Part shown: positions 35,709 through 46,949 of the stretch, piece after piece | Layout: the number at the start of each line of letters is the position of its first letter | Numbering within the stretch: the stretch's first letter is position 1 | DNA from: the human T2T-CHM13v2.0 reference genome, Homo sapiens | Assembly (NCBI RefSeq): GCF_009914755.1 | Contig: NC_060945.1 | Length of the DNA stretch: 64,000 nucleotides | Direction: 5' to 3' (one strand) | Notes under the pieces: generated by a model | Database searches by the model: none | What the model was told of the DNA's origin: nothing | What the model saw: only the letters and a program-made list of their open reading frames with translations | Program-made: the position numbers and the translations under genes

Positions 35709-38147
35709 CATGGCTAGCATCACCCTCCTTCCTGGCAGTGACACTGCTGATTTGAACCCCAGTTTCACAGCTGTCATTTGTAAATAGGACCATTTTCCCT
35801 TTTCTCTCTCCCTTCCATTCACAGGGCTTCTCATTCTCTCTGTTTCTGCCTCCGTTTCAGAGATTTACTCACCTTTTTCTCTCTCACTATGTCTGCCGTG
35901 GTCTCCATAAGAGTGTGCCACATAAAATTGTCCCATTAAAAGTCATGAATTGAGTGGATTTTAGTATACCTGTGGTTGTGCACATTCAATTTTAATTCGC
36001 AATCCATTTTAGAAGGTTTTATCACCCCCGACCAGAGAAACACCCTGTGGACATTAGTCACTCCTCATTCTGTCTCAAACCCTCTCCCTGACCCTCAGCC
36101 CTAGGTAACAACTGCATAGAGCGATCAACCCCATATGCATAGATTTCCATATTGTGGACAGTTCCTATAAGCGGAATTGCACAATACATGAACTTTTATG
36201 ACTGACATAGCACGTTGCACAATATTTTCAAGATTCATCCACATTGTAGGATTTCCCTCAGGGGAAACCCCTTTTTTTCGGGTTTTAGTAACACCGGGCG
36301 TTTTCTTCTTCCTACCGCCCTTCTTTCCTTCTTTCCTTCCTAGCTTCCTACCTTGCTTCCTTCCTTCCTTTTTTTCCTGCTTTCCTCCCTTCCTTCCTTC
36401 CTTCCTTCCTTCCTTCTTTCCTCCCTCCCTTCCTTCCTTCCTTCCTTCCTTCCTTCCTTCCTTCCTTCCTTCCTCCTATTTCTCTCTTACTCCTTCTGCC
36501 CTCTCTCTTTCATATGCCTTAGGTGCATCCCACATTCTGCGTTTTTTTGGGGAAATCCTCGACAGGTGCAGGAAAATTGTGTTATTTTAACTATTTACCG
36601 CTATCTCTCTTTCACGGCTCTCCTTCAGTTGTGAACATCTATTGGTTTATCCCAAGTCACTAAGCATATTTTAATTAGGTACACCTGTTTTTCTTTATAC
36701 ACCTGTTTCTGGAGTATAGGTTCGCATACTCATAAACCCAGTGTAACTCAGAAACGCATCTAATATCCCAATAAACCCATCATAACGTTGAAAAATCATA
36801 AATCAAACCATCAGAAATCACGGTTTTTCCGTGGATATGGGTGTCATCAATTCCATTGTATTCAATAATGCTGTACACCATTAACAATGGCTGACTGATT
36901 GGGAGTGGATATTGATAGCTTTATAAAAGTCAGTTATTAGAGGGATACGTCTTTAACCTGACTGAAGAACTGATCTAATGGCATTTGTACAGTGCATGAT
37001 TATGTGAGATGTTTTGAGAGAGAGTAGTACATTTGTGAACGAAATTTTTTGGCTTTTTTTCACTTAGTAGGAACCATTGTGTGTGGAAAAGTGAGAAAAT
37101 TGCTTTCTGCTCTAGAGTCTGGCATTCATTGTAGATTAAAGCTTATTTTTCTGTGAGCAAAGCTTATTCAATAAAATACTACTCTTTATAATAAAAAACA
37201 AAAACACTGGTGATGTGAGGTCATTAACCTCAGCAAACTAATCCAGGGAAAGAAAACCAAACGCCACATTCTCACTTACAATGGGAGCTGAAAAAGGAGA
37301 TCCCATGGACACAGGAAGTGGAACAACACACACTGGGGCCTTTCGGGAGGCAGAGCGTTAAGAAAAACAGCTACTGCATTCTGGGCTTAATACCTAGGTG
37401 ATGAGTTGACAGGTGCAGCAACCCACCATGGCACACGTTTACCTTAGTAACAAATTTTCATATCCTGCACATATTCCCCTGAACTTAGAAACAAAACGAA
37501 ACAAAAGAAAACGAAAAAGCAATAGCAAAACGCTAAAGGCAAAATAAAGTTTCAAACTCAGAAATTGACAGACCAATGTTTGGTTCAAATCATGGTTCTC
37601 AACCCAGGTGCCACAAGGTCAGGATAAAGAATTTGATTACATATTGTAAATAAGACATGCAGCAAATGACCAGAAAGATTATTCTCAACATATGTGTGTC
37701 TTCTAATTCAATGGTGATGCTATCTACCGGGACATAGCATTAGATTCCAAAGGGCCGAGTCCCGCCAGACAGGCCTCCCACACTAATAACAATGGGAAGC
37801 CCTACGTTGTTTTACCTGTGCTTCTCAGCAACTGGCTATAAATCAGGTTGCCACCACTCCCAGATTTAGTTGCATTCATTTGCTGGAAGAGCTCACAGCA
37901 CGCAGGGAAACACTTACTTTTGCTGTTGTATTTTAGCGGATATTGCAAAAATTTGAGAAATAAATTTTGGGCCCGGCATGTGGGGAGGGGCGCAGTACTT
38001 TCCAGGAAGTGTTATCCAGAAGCTCTCTGAACCCAGTCCTTTTGGGATTTTATGGAGACCTCATTCTATAGGCATGATGGGTTAAACCATAGGCTATTGG
38101 TGATCAACTCAACCTGAGGCTCTCAACCCTCCCTGGAAATTGGGGTT

Positions 38148-40362
38148 TCACATCAATTTCTGGGTGGATCCTTAAGCTCCAGGTGGATATCCAGTGTCCA
38201 GCTGAACATCATCCCCTCGTGGACGCCCAGTACCCAGGTGGATATCAGGTCTCAGGTGAACACAAGTCACCAGTCAGACATGAAGCACGAGGTACACACT
38301 CAGACCCCAAGAGGACATCTGTCTCCATGTTGACATCACTCTCAAGGTGTACATTAGGCCACATATGTACACCCAGTTCCAAGGCATACACGAGTCCCCA
38401 GTAAAACTCAAGGCCCCAGGAGGAGACTCAAGCCGTAGGTGGATGCCCAGACCCCAGGTAATTACAAGGCCCCAGGTGGATATCAGATTCCAGATGAACA
38501 TTAGGCCCCAAGTGGATACCTAGGCCCCTAGTAAACCTCAGATTCTAGGTTGACATTGAGGCCCCCAGTAGTCATTTGGACCCATGTTGACACTCAGGTG
38601 CCAGGTTCACATGATGTCTTAACTGGACACCAAGGGGCCAGTTTGATACCCAAGTCCTGTGTGGGTGCCAGGTCCAGGGTTACACTCAAGCCCCAAGTGG
38701 ACACCAGGCCCTAGGTGAATAACACAACCCAGGTGGTCATTAGGCCCCAGAATGACACCATCCCCCAGGTTAACAGGAAGCCCCCAGTGGGTACCTAGGC
38801 CCCAGGTGGACATCAGGCCTAATGTGGACACCCAGGATCAAGATGGACATCAGGACTCAGGTGGACATCTGGTGACAGGTGGACAACAAGCCTGGTGTGT
38901 ACCTTGTCCCCGGGTGGTCATCAGGCCCCAGTTCAACACCAGTCCCTGGGTGGATTCCTCGGCTCCAGGTGGACATCCGGTCTTCAGCTGAACATCAGAC
39001 CCCAGGTGAACACCAGGTCTTAGGTGGACATTAGGCCCCTGGTGGACATAAAGTACCAGTGGACATCCATGCTGCAGGTGGACACCCAGCGCCCAGATGG
39101 GCATCAGGCCACATTTGGACATTGAGGCCCCAGGTGGATATCACGCCTCAGGTGAACCCAAGGTCCAACATAGACATCAGGCCTTAGGTTGATGCTCAAG
39201 CACCAGATGGACTGCTGCACCTAAGCAGAAAATAGACCCCTATCTGGATATCTAAGATACAGGTATACAACAAGCCCCAGGCTGACATCCAGACCCCAGG
39301 TGGACACCATACCCCAGGTGAACAGCAGGCAACAGTTTGGCACCAAGTGCCTAAGTGAAACAAAGCCTTAGGTGGTTACCAGGCCATAGGTAGTCATTAG
39401 TCTCCAGCTGGACAATAGTCCCTAGGTGGATACCTAGGCCCCAGGTGGACACTAGACCCCAAATTAACACAAAAACCAAGTAAAAAATCAAGCCCCAAGT
39501 GGACAACCAGGCCCTAGGTAAATACACAAATCTCAAGCTGACACCAGGACCTATTTGGACACCCAAGCCCTAGGTGGACTTCAGGCCACAGGTGAACACT
39601 GAACTCTAGAAGGTCTTCAGGCACCGTGTTGACTACCTGGCCCCAGGGGGACACCAGGTATAGATGAACTTCAGGCACCAGCTGTACATGAGGTTCCAGG
39701 CAAATGTCCAGGCCCCAGGTGGATATCAAACCTCAGATGAACACCAGGCCCCAGGTAGACATCACAAACCAAGTGGACACTCAGGCCCCTACTGAATATC
39801 CATCCCCAGGTGGACATCCATCCCAAGGTGGACATGAGGTCACAGATGTACACTTAAGCCTAAGGCAGACCCCAGGCCCCGGGAAAACTCCAGGCTCCAT
39901 GAGGGCACTCAGACCCCAGGTGGATGCATTGGTCCTAGGTAAATACAAGGCCCCAGATAGACATCAGGCTCCAGTGAACACCGGAGCCCAGGTGGGTACC
40001 TAGTGTCCAGGTGTGCAACAAGCAGAAGGTTGACCCAGTCCCCAGCTGAACTCTGGGCCCCAGCTGGACATCATAACCCAGATCGTCACCCAGGCGGTCA
40101 CCCAGGCTCCAGGTGAACACATGGTCTTAGGTAGACATCAGGCCCCACATGAACACCCAAGCCCCAGGTAGATAACAGGCCTTAGATGTACACCAGACCT
40201 CAGGTGGGCATCTGGCTTCAGATGGCCGTAGGTGGATAACTAAGCCTCTCCTGGATATCAGGCCCCAGGTAGACACCAGGCTCCAGGCGAACATCTAGCC
40301 CCAGGGGGACATCCAGCCCCCGGTGAACATCAGGGCTCACATGGATAAACAGTTTACAGATG
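38148..40362. repeat. Degenerate short-period (~18-19 bp) satellite, core AGGCCCCAGGTGGACA(C/T)C; possibly HSAT5
   Basis: Dozens of CCCAGGTG(G/A)ACA variants; family name from memory only. Confidence 0.7.
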
Positions 40363-43300
40363 GGCACCTGCCACAGGTGCCTCACCTCTACTCCCTGAAA
40401 CCTCACTTCCCCTCATGGGCCTTCTGTCCGACTTGGGGTACCCCTAGCCGCCCTAGGCACACACTGGACTCGAACCAGGGGTGCCAGAGTCCCTAGGGCT
40501 CAGCGCAAGGGTTCATGGGAATACACTTTCGTCCGTGGGGGACCCAGTCCTCAATTCTCGGTGGCGCAGTTTTTTTTTCTCTGCCACAGGTACCTCACCT
40601 TCCCCTCATGGGCCTTCTGTACACCTTGGGGTACCCCTAGCGGCCCGAGGCATACCCTGGGCTCGAACCAGGGATGCCAGGGTACCCGGGGCGCAGCGCA
40701 AGGGCTGATGGGGAGACACTTTCTTCCGTGGGGGACCCAGGCCCCGCTTCTCTGAGGCGCGTTTTTTTTTTCCTCTGCCCCAGGTGGGTCACCTTCCCCT
40801 CATGGGCCTTCTGCCCGCTTTGGGGTACCCCTAGCGGCCCCAGGCACACACTGGGCTCGAATAAGGGTCGCCAGGTTCCCCGGGGCCCAGCGCAAGGGTT
40901 GATGGGAAGACGCTTTCACCCGTGGGGGACCCAGGCCCCGCTTCTCCGCAGTGCGGTTTTTTTTTTGTTTGCCCTAGGTGACTCACCTTCCCCTCATGGG
41001 CCTTCTGTCTGCTTTGGGTTACCCCTAGCAGGCCAGAGGTGCACCCTGGATTCCAGCCAGGGATGCCAGGGTCCCCGGGGCCCAGTGCAGGGGCTGATGA
41101 GAAGGCATTTTCGTCCGTGGGGTACCCAGGCCCTGCTTCTCTGTGGCGCAGTTTTATTTTTTTCTTTTCTGCCACAGGTGCCTTACCTCTCCTCCCTCAA
41201 ACCTCACCTTCACCTCATAGGCTTTCTGTCCGCCATGGGGTACCCCAAGAGGCCCGAAGCGCACCCTGGTCTTGAACCAGGGATGCCAGGGTCCCCTGGG
41301 CCCAGCTCAGGGGCTGATGGGAAGACACTTTCATCCGTGGGGGACCCAGGCCCCGCTTCTCCGTGGCAGTTTTTTTTTTCTCTGCCTCAGGTGCCTCACC
41401 TTCCCCTCATGGGCCTTCTGCCCGCTTTTTGGTACCCCTAGCGAGCCCAAGGCGCACCCTGGGCTCGAACGAGGGTCGCCATGGTCGACGGGGCCCAGCG
41501 CAGGGGCTGATGGGAAGGCACTTTCATCCGTGGGGGACCCAGGCCCCGCTACTCCGTGGTCCAGTTTTTTTTTTTTTTTTCCTCTGCCCCAGGTGCCTTA
41601 CCTTTCCTCCCTCAAACCTCACCTTCCACTCCTGGGCTTTCTGCCTGCGTTGGAGTACCTCTAGCGACCCGAGCACACCCTGGGCTCGAACCAGAGACGC
41701 CACGGTTCCTGGGGCCCAGTGCAGGGGCTGATGGGAAGACACTTTCGTCCGTGGGGGACCCAGGGCCCGCTTCTCGGCGGCGCGGTTTTTTTTCTCTGCC
41801 CCAGGTGCCTCACCTTCCCCTCAGGGGCCTTCTGCCTACGTTGGGATACCCTAGCAGTCCCGAGGCGCACCCTGGGCTCTAACCAGGGACGCCAGGGTCC
41901 ACAGGGCCCAGCTCAGGGGCTGATGGGAAGACACTTTCGTCTGTGGGGGACCCAAGCTCTGCTCCTCCGCAGGGTTGTTTTTTATTTTTTTCTCTTCCCC
42001 AGGTGGCTCACCTTCCCTTCATGGGCTTTCTGCTCGCCTTTGGGTACCCCTAGTGGGCCTGAGGCTCACCCTGGTTTCGAGCCAGGGATGCTAGGGTCCT
42101 CGGGGCCCAGCGCAGCGCTGATGGGAAGGGATTTCTGTCCGTGGGGGACCCAGGGCCCGCTTCTCCGAGGTGAGTTTTTTTTTTTTCTGCCGCAGGTGCT
42201 TCACCTCTCCTCCCTCAAACCTCACCTTCCCCTCATGAACCCTCTGCCCGCCTAGAGGTACCGCTAGCGGCCCAAGGCACACCCTGTGGCTGAACCAGGG
42301 ACGCCAGGGTCCCTGCGGCCCAGCACAGGCGCTGATGGGAAGACACTTTCTTTCGTGGAGGACCCAGGCCCCGTTTCTCAGTGGCGTGGATTTTTTTCTC
42401 TGCCCGGGTGCCTCACCTTCCTCTAATGGGCCTTTTGCCCGCTTTGGGTTACCTCTAGCAGGCCCTATTCGCACCCTGGGCTCGAACCAGGGTCGCAGTG
42501 TCCACGAGGTCCAGCGCAAGGCCTGATGGGAAGGCACTTTCGTCAGTGGGGGACCCAGGCCTCGCTTCACTGTGGCGTGTTTTTTGTGTGTGTGTGTGCC
42601 ACAGGTGCCTCACCTTCCCCTCATGGGCTTTCTGTCCACCTTGGGGTACCCCCAGCTGCCCGAGGCGCACCCTCGTCTCAAATCAGGGATGCCAGGGTCC
42701 CTGGGGCCCAGCGCAGGGCCTGATGGGGAGGCACTTTCGTCTGTGGGGGACCCATGCCCTGCTTCTCCGTGGCGCGGTTTTTTTTTTTTTTCCTGCCACA
42801 GGTGCCTCACCTCTCCTTCCTCAAACCTTACCTTCCCCTTATGGGCCTTCTGTCTGCCTTGGGGTACACCTAGCGGCCCGAGGTGCACTGTGGGCTCGAA
42901 CCAGGGACTCCAGGGTCCCTGAGGTCCAGGGCAAGGCCTGATGGGAAGACACTTTCGTCCGTGTGGGGGACCCAGTCCCCGCTTCTCCGCGGCGAGGTTT
43001 TTTTTTCCTCTGCCCCAGGTGCCTCACCTTCCCCTCTTGTGCCTTCTGCACGCTTTGGGGTACCCCTAGCGGCCCGAGGCACACCCTGGGCTCGAACCAT
43101 GGAAGCCAGGTTCCACGGGGCCAAGCACAGTGGCTGATGGGAAGACACGTTCTTCCTTGGGGACCCAGGCTCTGCTTCTCTGCAGCGTTTTTTTTTTCTT
43201 TCCCCCAGGTGACTCACTTTCCCGTCATGGGCTTTCTGCCCGCCTTGCGGTACCCATAGCGGGCCCGAGGCGCACCCTGGTTTTGAGCCAGGGATGCTAG

Positions 43301-45950
43301 GGTCTCCGGGGCCCAGTGCAGGGCTGATGGGTAGGGACGTTCGTCCATGGGGGACCCAGGCCCCACTTCTGGGCGGTGCAGTTTTTTATTTTTTTCTCTG
43401 CCCCAGGTGTCTCACCTTTCCCTCATGGGCCTTCTGTCTGTCTTGGGGTACCCCTAGCAGGCCGAGGTGCACGCTGGGCTTGAGCCAGGGATACCAGGGT
43501 CCCCGGGGCGCAGTGCAAGCACTGATGGGAAGACAGTTTCTTCTGTGGGGGACCCAGGCCCCGCTTATCCGCGGCGCGGTTGTTGTTTTTTTTTTTCTCT
43601 GCCCCACGTGCGTCACCTTCCCCTCATGGGCCTTCTGCCCGCTTTTGGGTACCCCTAGCAGCCTGAAGCCCACCCTGGTCTCGAACCAGGAATGCCAGGG
43701 TCCCCTGGGCCCAGCGCAAGGGCTGATGGGAAGACACTTTCGTCCGTTGGGGACCCAGGCTCTGCTCCGTGGTGCAGTTTTTTTTTTTCTGCCACAGGTG
43801 CCTCACCTCTCCTTCCTCAAACCTCAACTGCCCCTCATGGGATTTCTGCCCGCCTTGTGGTGCACCTAGCGGGCCCGAGGCGCACCTGGGGCTCGAACCG
43901 GGGTCTCCAGCGTCCACAGGGCCCAGCGCAGTGACTGATGGGAAGGCATTTTCATCCGTGGGGGACCCAGGCCCAGCTTCTCCTAGGCGCGGCTTGTTTT
44001 CTTTTTTTTTTCTGCCACAGGTTCCTCACCTCTCCTCCCTCAAACGTCAACTTCCCATCATGGGCTTTCTGCCCGACTTGGGGTACCCCTAGTGGCCCAA
44101 GGCGCTCCCTGGACTCGAACCATGGATGCCAGGGTTGCTGGGGCCTAGCGCAGGGGCTGATGGGAAGGTACCTTCATCCGTGGGTAACCAGGCCCTGCTT
44201 CTCAAAGCTGCGTTTTTTTTTTCTCCGCCCCAGGTGCCTCACCTTCCCCTCATTGGCCTTCTGCCTGCTTTGGAGTACCACGAGCAGGCCCGAGGCACTC
44301 CCGGGTCTCCAACCAGGGTCGCCAGGTTGTCGGGGCCAGCGCAGGAGCTGATGGGAAGGCACTTTCATCAGTGGGGACCCAGGCCCGGCTTCTCCGAGGT
44401 GCTGATATATATATATATATTTTTTCTGCCACAGGTGACTCACCTCTCCTCCCTTAAATCTCACCTTCCCCTCATGGGCTTTCTGGCTTCCTTAGGGTAC
44501 CCTAGAGTGCCGGAGTCTCTTCTGGTCCTTGAACTAGGGTCGCCATGGTCCAGGGGGCCCAGCGCAGGGGCTGATGAGAAGGCACTTTCATCCGTGGGAG
44601 ACCCAGGCCCCGCTTCTCCTCGGCACGGTTTTTTTTTTCTGCCACAGGTGCCTCACCTCTCCTCCCTCAAACCTCACCTTCCCCTCATGGGCCTTCTGCC
44701 CGCTTTGGGGTACACCTAGCAGGCCCGAGGTGCACCCAGGCCTAGAACCAGGGTCGCCTGAGTCCACGGGGCCCAGCGCAGAGACTGATGGGAAGGCACT
44801 TTTTTTCCATGGGAGACCCAGGCCCCACTTCTCCGTGGCGCGGTTTCTTTTTCTTTTCTGCCACAAGTGTCTCACCTCTCCTCCCTCACAGCTCACCTTC
44901 CTCTCATGGACTTTCCACCACGTTGGGGTACCCCTAATGGCCCGAGGCTCTCCCTGAGCTCGAACCAGGGACTCTAGGTTCCCCGGGACCCAGCGCAGGG
45001 GCTGATGGGAAGGCACTTTCATCCGTGGGGGACCCAGGCCCCACCTCTCCGTGGCGCGGGTTTCTTTTTTTCTTTTTCTGTGACAGGTGCCTCACCTCTC
45101 CTCCCTCAAAACTCACCTTCCCCTCATGGGCTTTGTGTCCCCAAAGCCCCCCTTGGGGTGCACTTAGTGGCCGAGGCACACCCTGAGCTCGAACGAGGGA
45201 CACCAGGGTCCCTGGGTCCCAGTGCAGGGACTGATGGGAAGACACTTTCGTCCGTGGGGCACCCAGGCCGTGCTTCTCCGCAGCGAAGTTTTTCTTTTTT
45301 TCTCTGCCCCAGGAGCCTCACCTTCTCCTTAGGGGCTTTCTGCCCACCTTGGGGTACCCCTACTGTCCTGAGGCATACCCCATTGTCAAACCAGGGATGC
45401 CAGGGTCCCCAGGGCCCAGCAAAGGGGCTGATGGGATGGCACTTTCATCCGTGGGGGGCCCAGGCACTGCTTCTCGGCTGAGCGTTTTTTTTTCTCTGCC
45501 TCAGGTGCCTCACCTTCCCCTCATGGACCTTTTGTTCGCTTTGTGGTACCCCAAGCTGACCCGAGGCACACCCTGGGCTCGAACCAGGGTCGTCAGGGTC
45601 CACCAGGCCCAGCATAGGGCCTGATGGGAAGGCACTTTCATCCGTGGGGGACCCAGGTCCCGCTTCTCTGAGACGCGGTCCTCTTTTTTTTTTTTTCTGC
45701 CCCTGGTGCCTCACCTCTCCTCCCACAAACTTCAACTTCCACTCATGGGCCTTCTGTCCAAGTTGGGGTACCCCTAGTCGCCTGAGGCACACACTGGGCG
45801 TGAACCAGGGATGCCAGGGTCCCTGGGGCCCAGCGCAAGGGCTGATGGGAAAAAACTTTCGTCCCTGGATGACCCAGACACCGCTTCGCGGCGCATTTTT
45901 TTTTCTTCTTTGCCCCAGGTGTCTCACCTTCCCCTCATGGGCCTTCTGCC
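40363..45950. repeat. GC-rich gamma-satellite-like array (GSATII-like), ~27-28 monomers of ~194 or ~213 bp
   Basis: GG(G/A)CTCGAA recurs at 40466, 40659, 40853 (period 193-194); long variant has an extra ~19-bp CCTCTCCTCCCTCAAACCT; adjacency to TAR1 fits GSATII as I recall it. Confidence 0.75.
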
Positions 45951-46652
45951 TCTCTGCGCCTTTCGCCAGCGCTGTGGGCCTCTCTGCACCTGCGCCGGCG
46001 CTGTGCGCCTTTGCGAGGGCGGAGCTGCGTTCTTCCCAGCACAGACAAGGAGAGCATCGCCAGGGCGGAGCTGAGTTCTCCTCTGCACAGACTTCAGAGA
46101 TACAGCGAAGGCGGAGCAGTGTTCTCCTCAGCACAGACCCAGGCGGGCCGGGGGCACTGCGAGGGCGGAGCTGCGTTCAGCTCAGCACAGACCCGGGGGA
46201 CACCGCTAAGGCAGAGCAGCGTTCTCAGCACAGACCTTTGGGGCACTGCCTCGCTTTGGGACAACTCGGGACCGCATAGACCGTGAATAAAATCCTTCCC
46301 TTTTGCAGCCCTGAATAATCAGGGTCAGAGACCAGTTAGAAGGGCTCAGTGTGGAAAAGGGAAGCCAAAAGCCCCTCTGAATCCTGCCCACCGAGGTTCT
46401 CCCCAGCCAAGCCGAGGCGGCCGCAGTGCGAGATCCACACCGCAGCCTCGGAAGACAAATGCAGCATTCCTAATGCAGACATGACACCCAAAATATGACA
46501 CCCCCATTGCTCATGTAACAAGCACCTGTAATGCTAATGCACTGCCTCAATACAAAAATATTAATATAAGATCCGCAATCCCCTTGCTGCCATGCAGTCC
46601 TAAGACAGAGATCATAATAATCAACATTGACATAGTACAAACCTAGTAACGA
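45951..46652 (+). repeat. TAR1 telomere-associated repeat with remnants of the subtelomeric 29- and 37-bp repeats
   Basis: CTCTGCACCTGCGCCGGCGCTGTGCGCC; repeated GGGCGGAGCTGCGTTCT..CAGCACAGAC; directly precedes the TTAGGG tract. Confidence 0.85.
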
Positions 46653-46949
46653 ACCTAGGGTTAAGGTTGGTGTTAGGGTTAGGGGTTAGGGGTTAAGTTT
46701 AAGGTTAGGGGTTGGAGATAGGGGTTGGGGTCAGAGTTAAGAGTTAAGAGTCAACGTTTAGAGTTAGAGGTTAGGAGAGGTTAGGGGTTAGGGATAAGGG
46801 GTTAGGGTTGGATTAGTGTGAGGGTGAGGGTTGGGGTTAGGGGTTAGGCTTAGGGTTTACGGTTAAGGGTTAGGGTTAGGGTCAGGGGTTAGGGGTCAGG
46901 GTCAGGGGTTAAGGATCAGGGACAGGGGTCAGGGTCAGTTTCAGGGGTC
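46653..46949 (+). repeat. Degenerate interstitial telomeric repeat (TTAGGG)n with TTAGGGG/TCAGGG/TGAGGG variants
   Basis: Directly visible. Confidence 0.95.

Larger units (their letters stand above)
1..38147 (+). repeat. ~7-kb tandem macrosatellite (ACRO composite-like): 5 full units + partial 6th; array probably continues left of the window
   Basis: Equivalent GTGGAAAA positions at 1, 7137, 14265, 23140, 30144, 37083; the same ORF set recurs at these offsets. Composition (L1 3' end, MER21-like LTR, 147-bp satellite) matches my recollection of the ACRO composite. Confidence 0.93.

Noticed and set aside
1-38147. rDNA or rRNA genes suggested by the acrocentric context
   Set aside because: No rRNA sequence recognised in the window
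40466-40476. tRNA gene at the B-box motif
   Set aside because: No A-box or cloverleaf visible
40481-46286. Many overlapping 60-255-aa ORFs
   Set aside because: Products of a GC-rich satellite; variable poly(T) tracts shift frames at random
46653-46949. 2q13-type head-to-head telomere fusion
   Set aside because: Only one repeat orientation; no inverted CCCTAA tract or second TAR1
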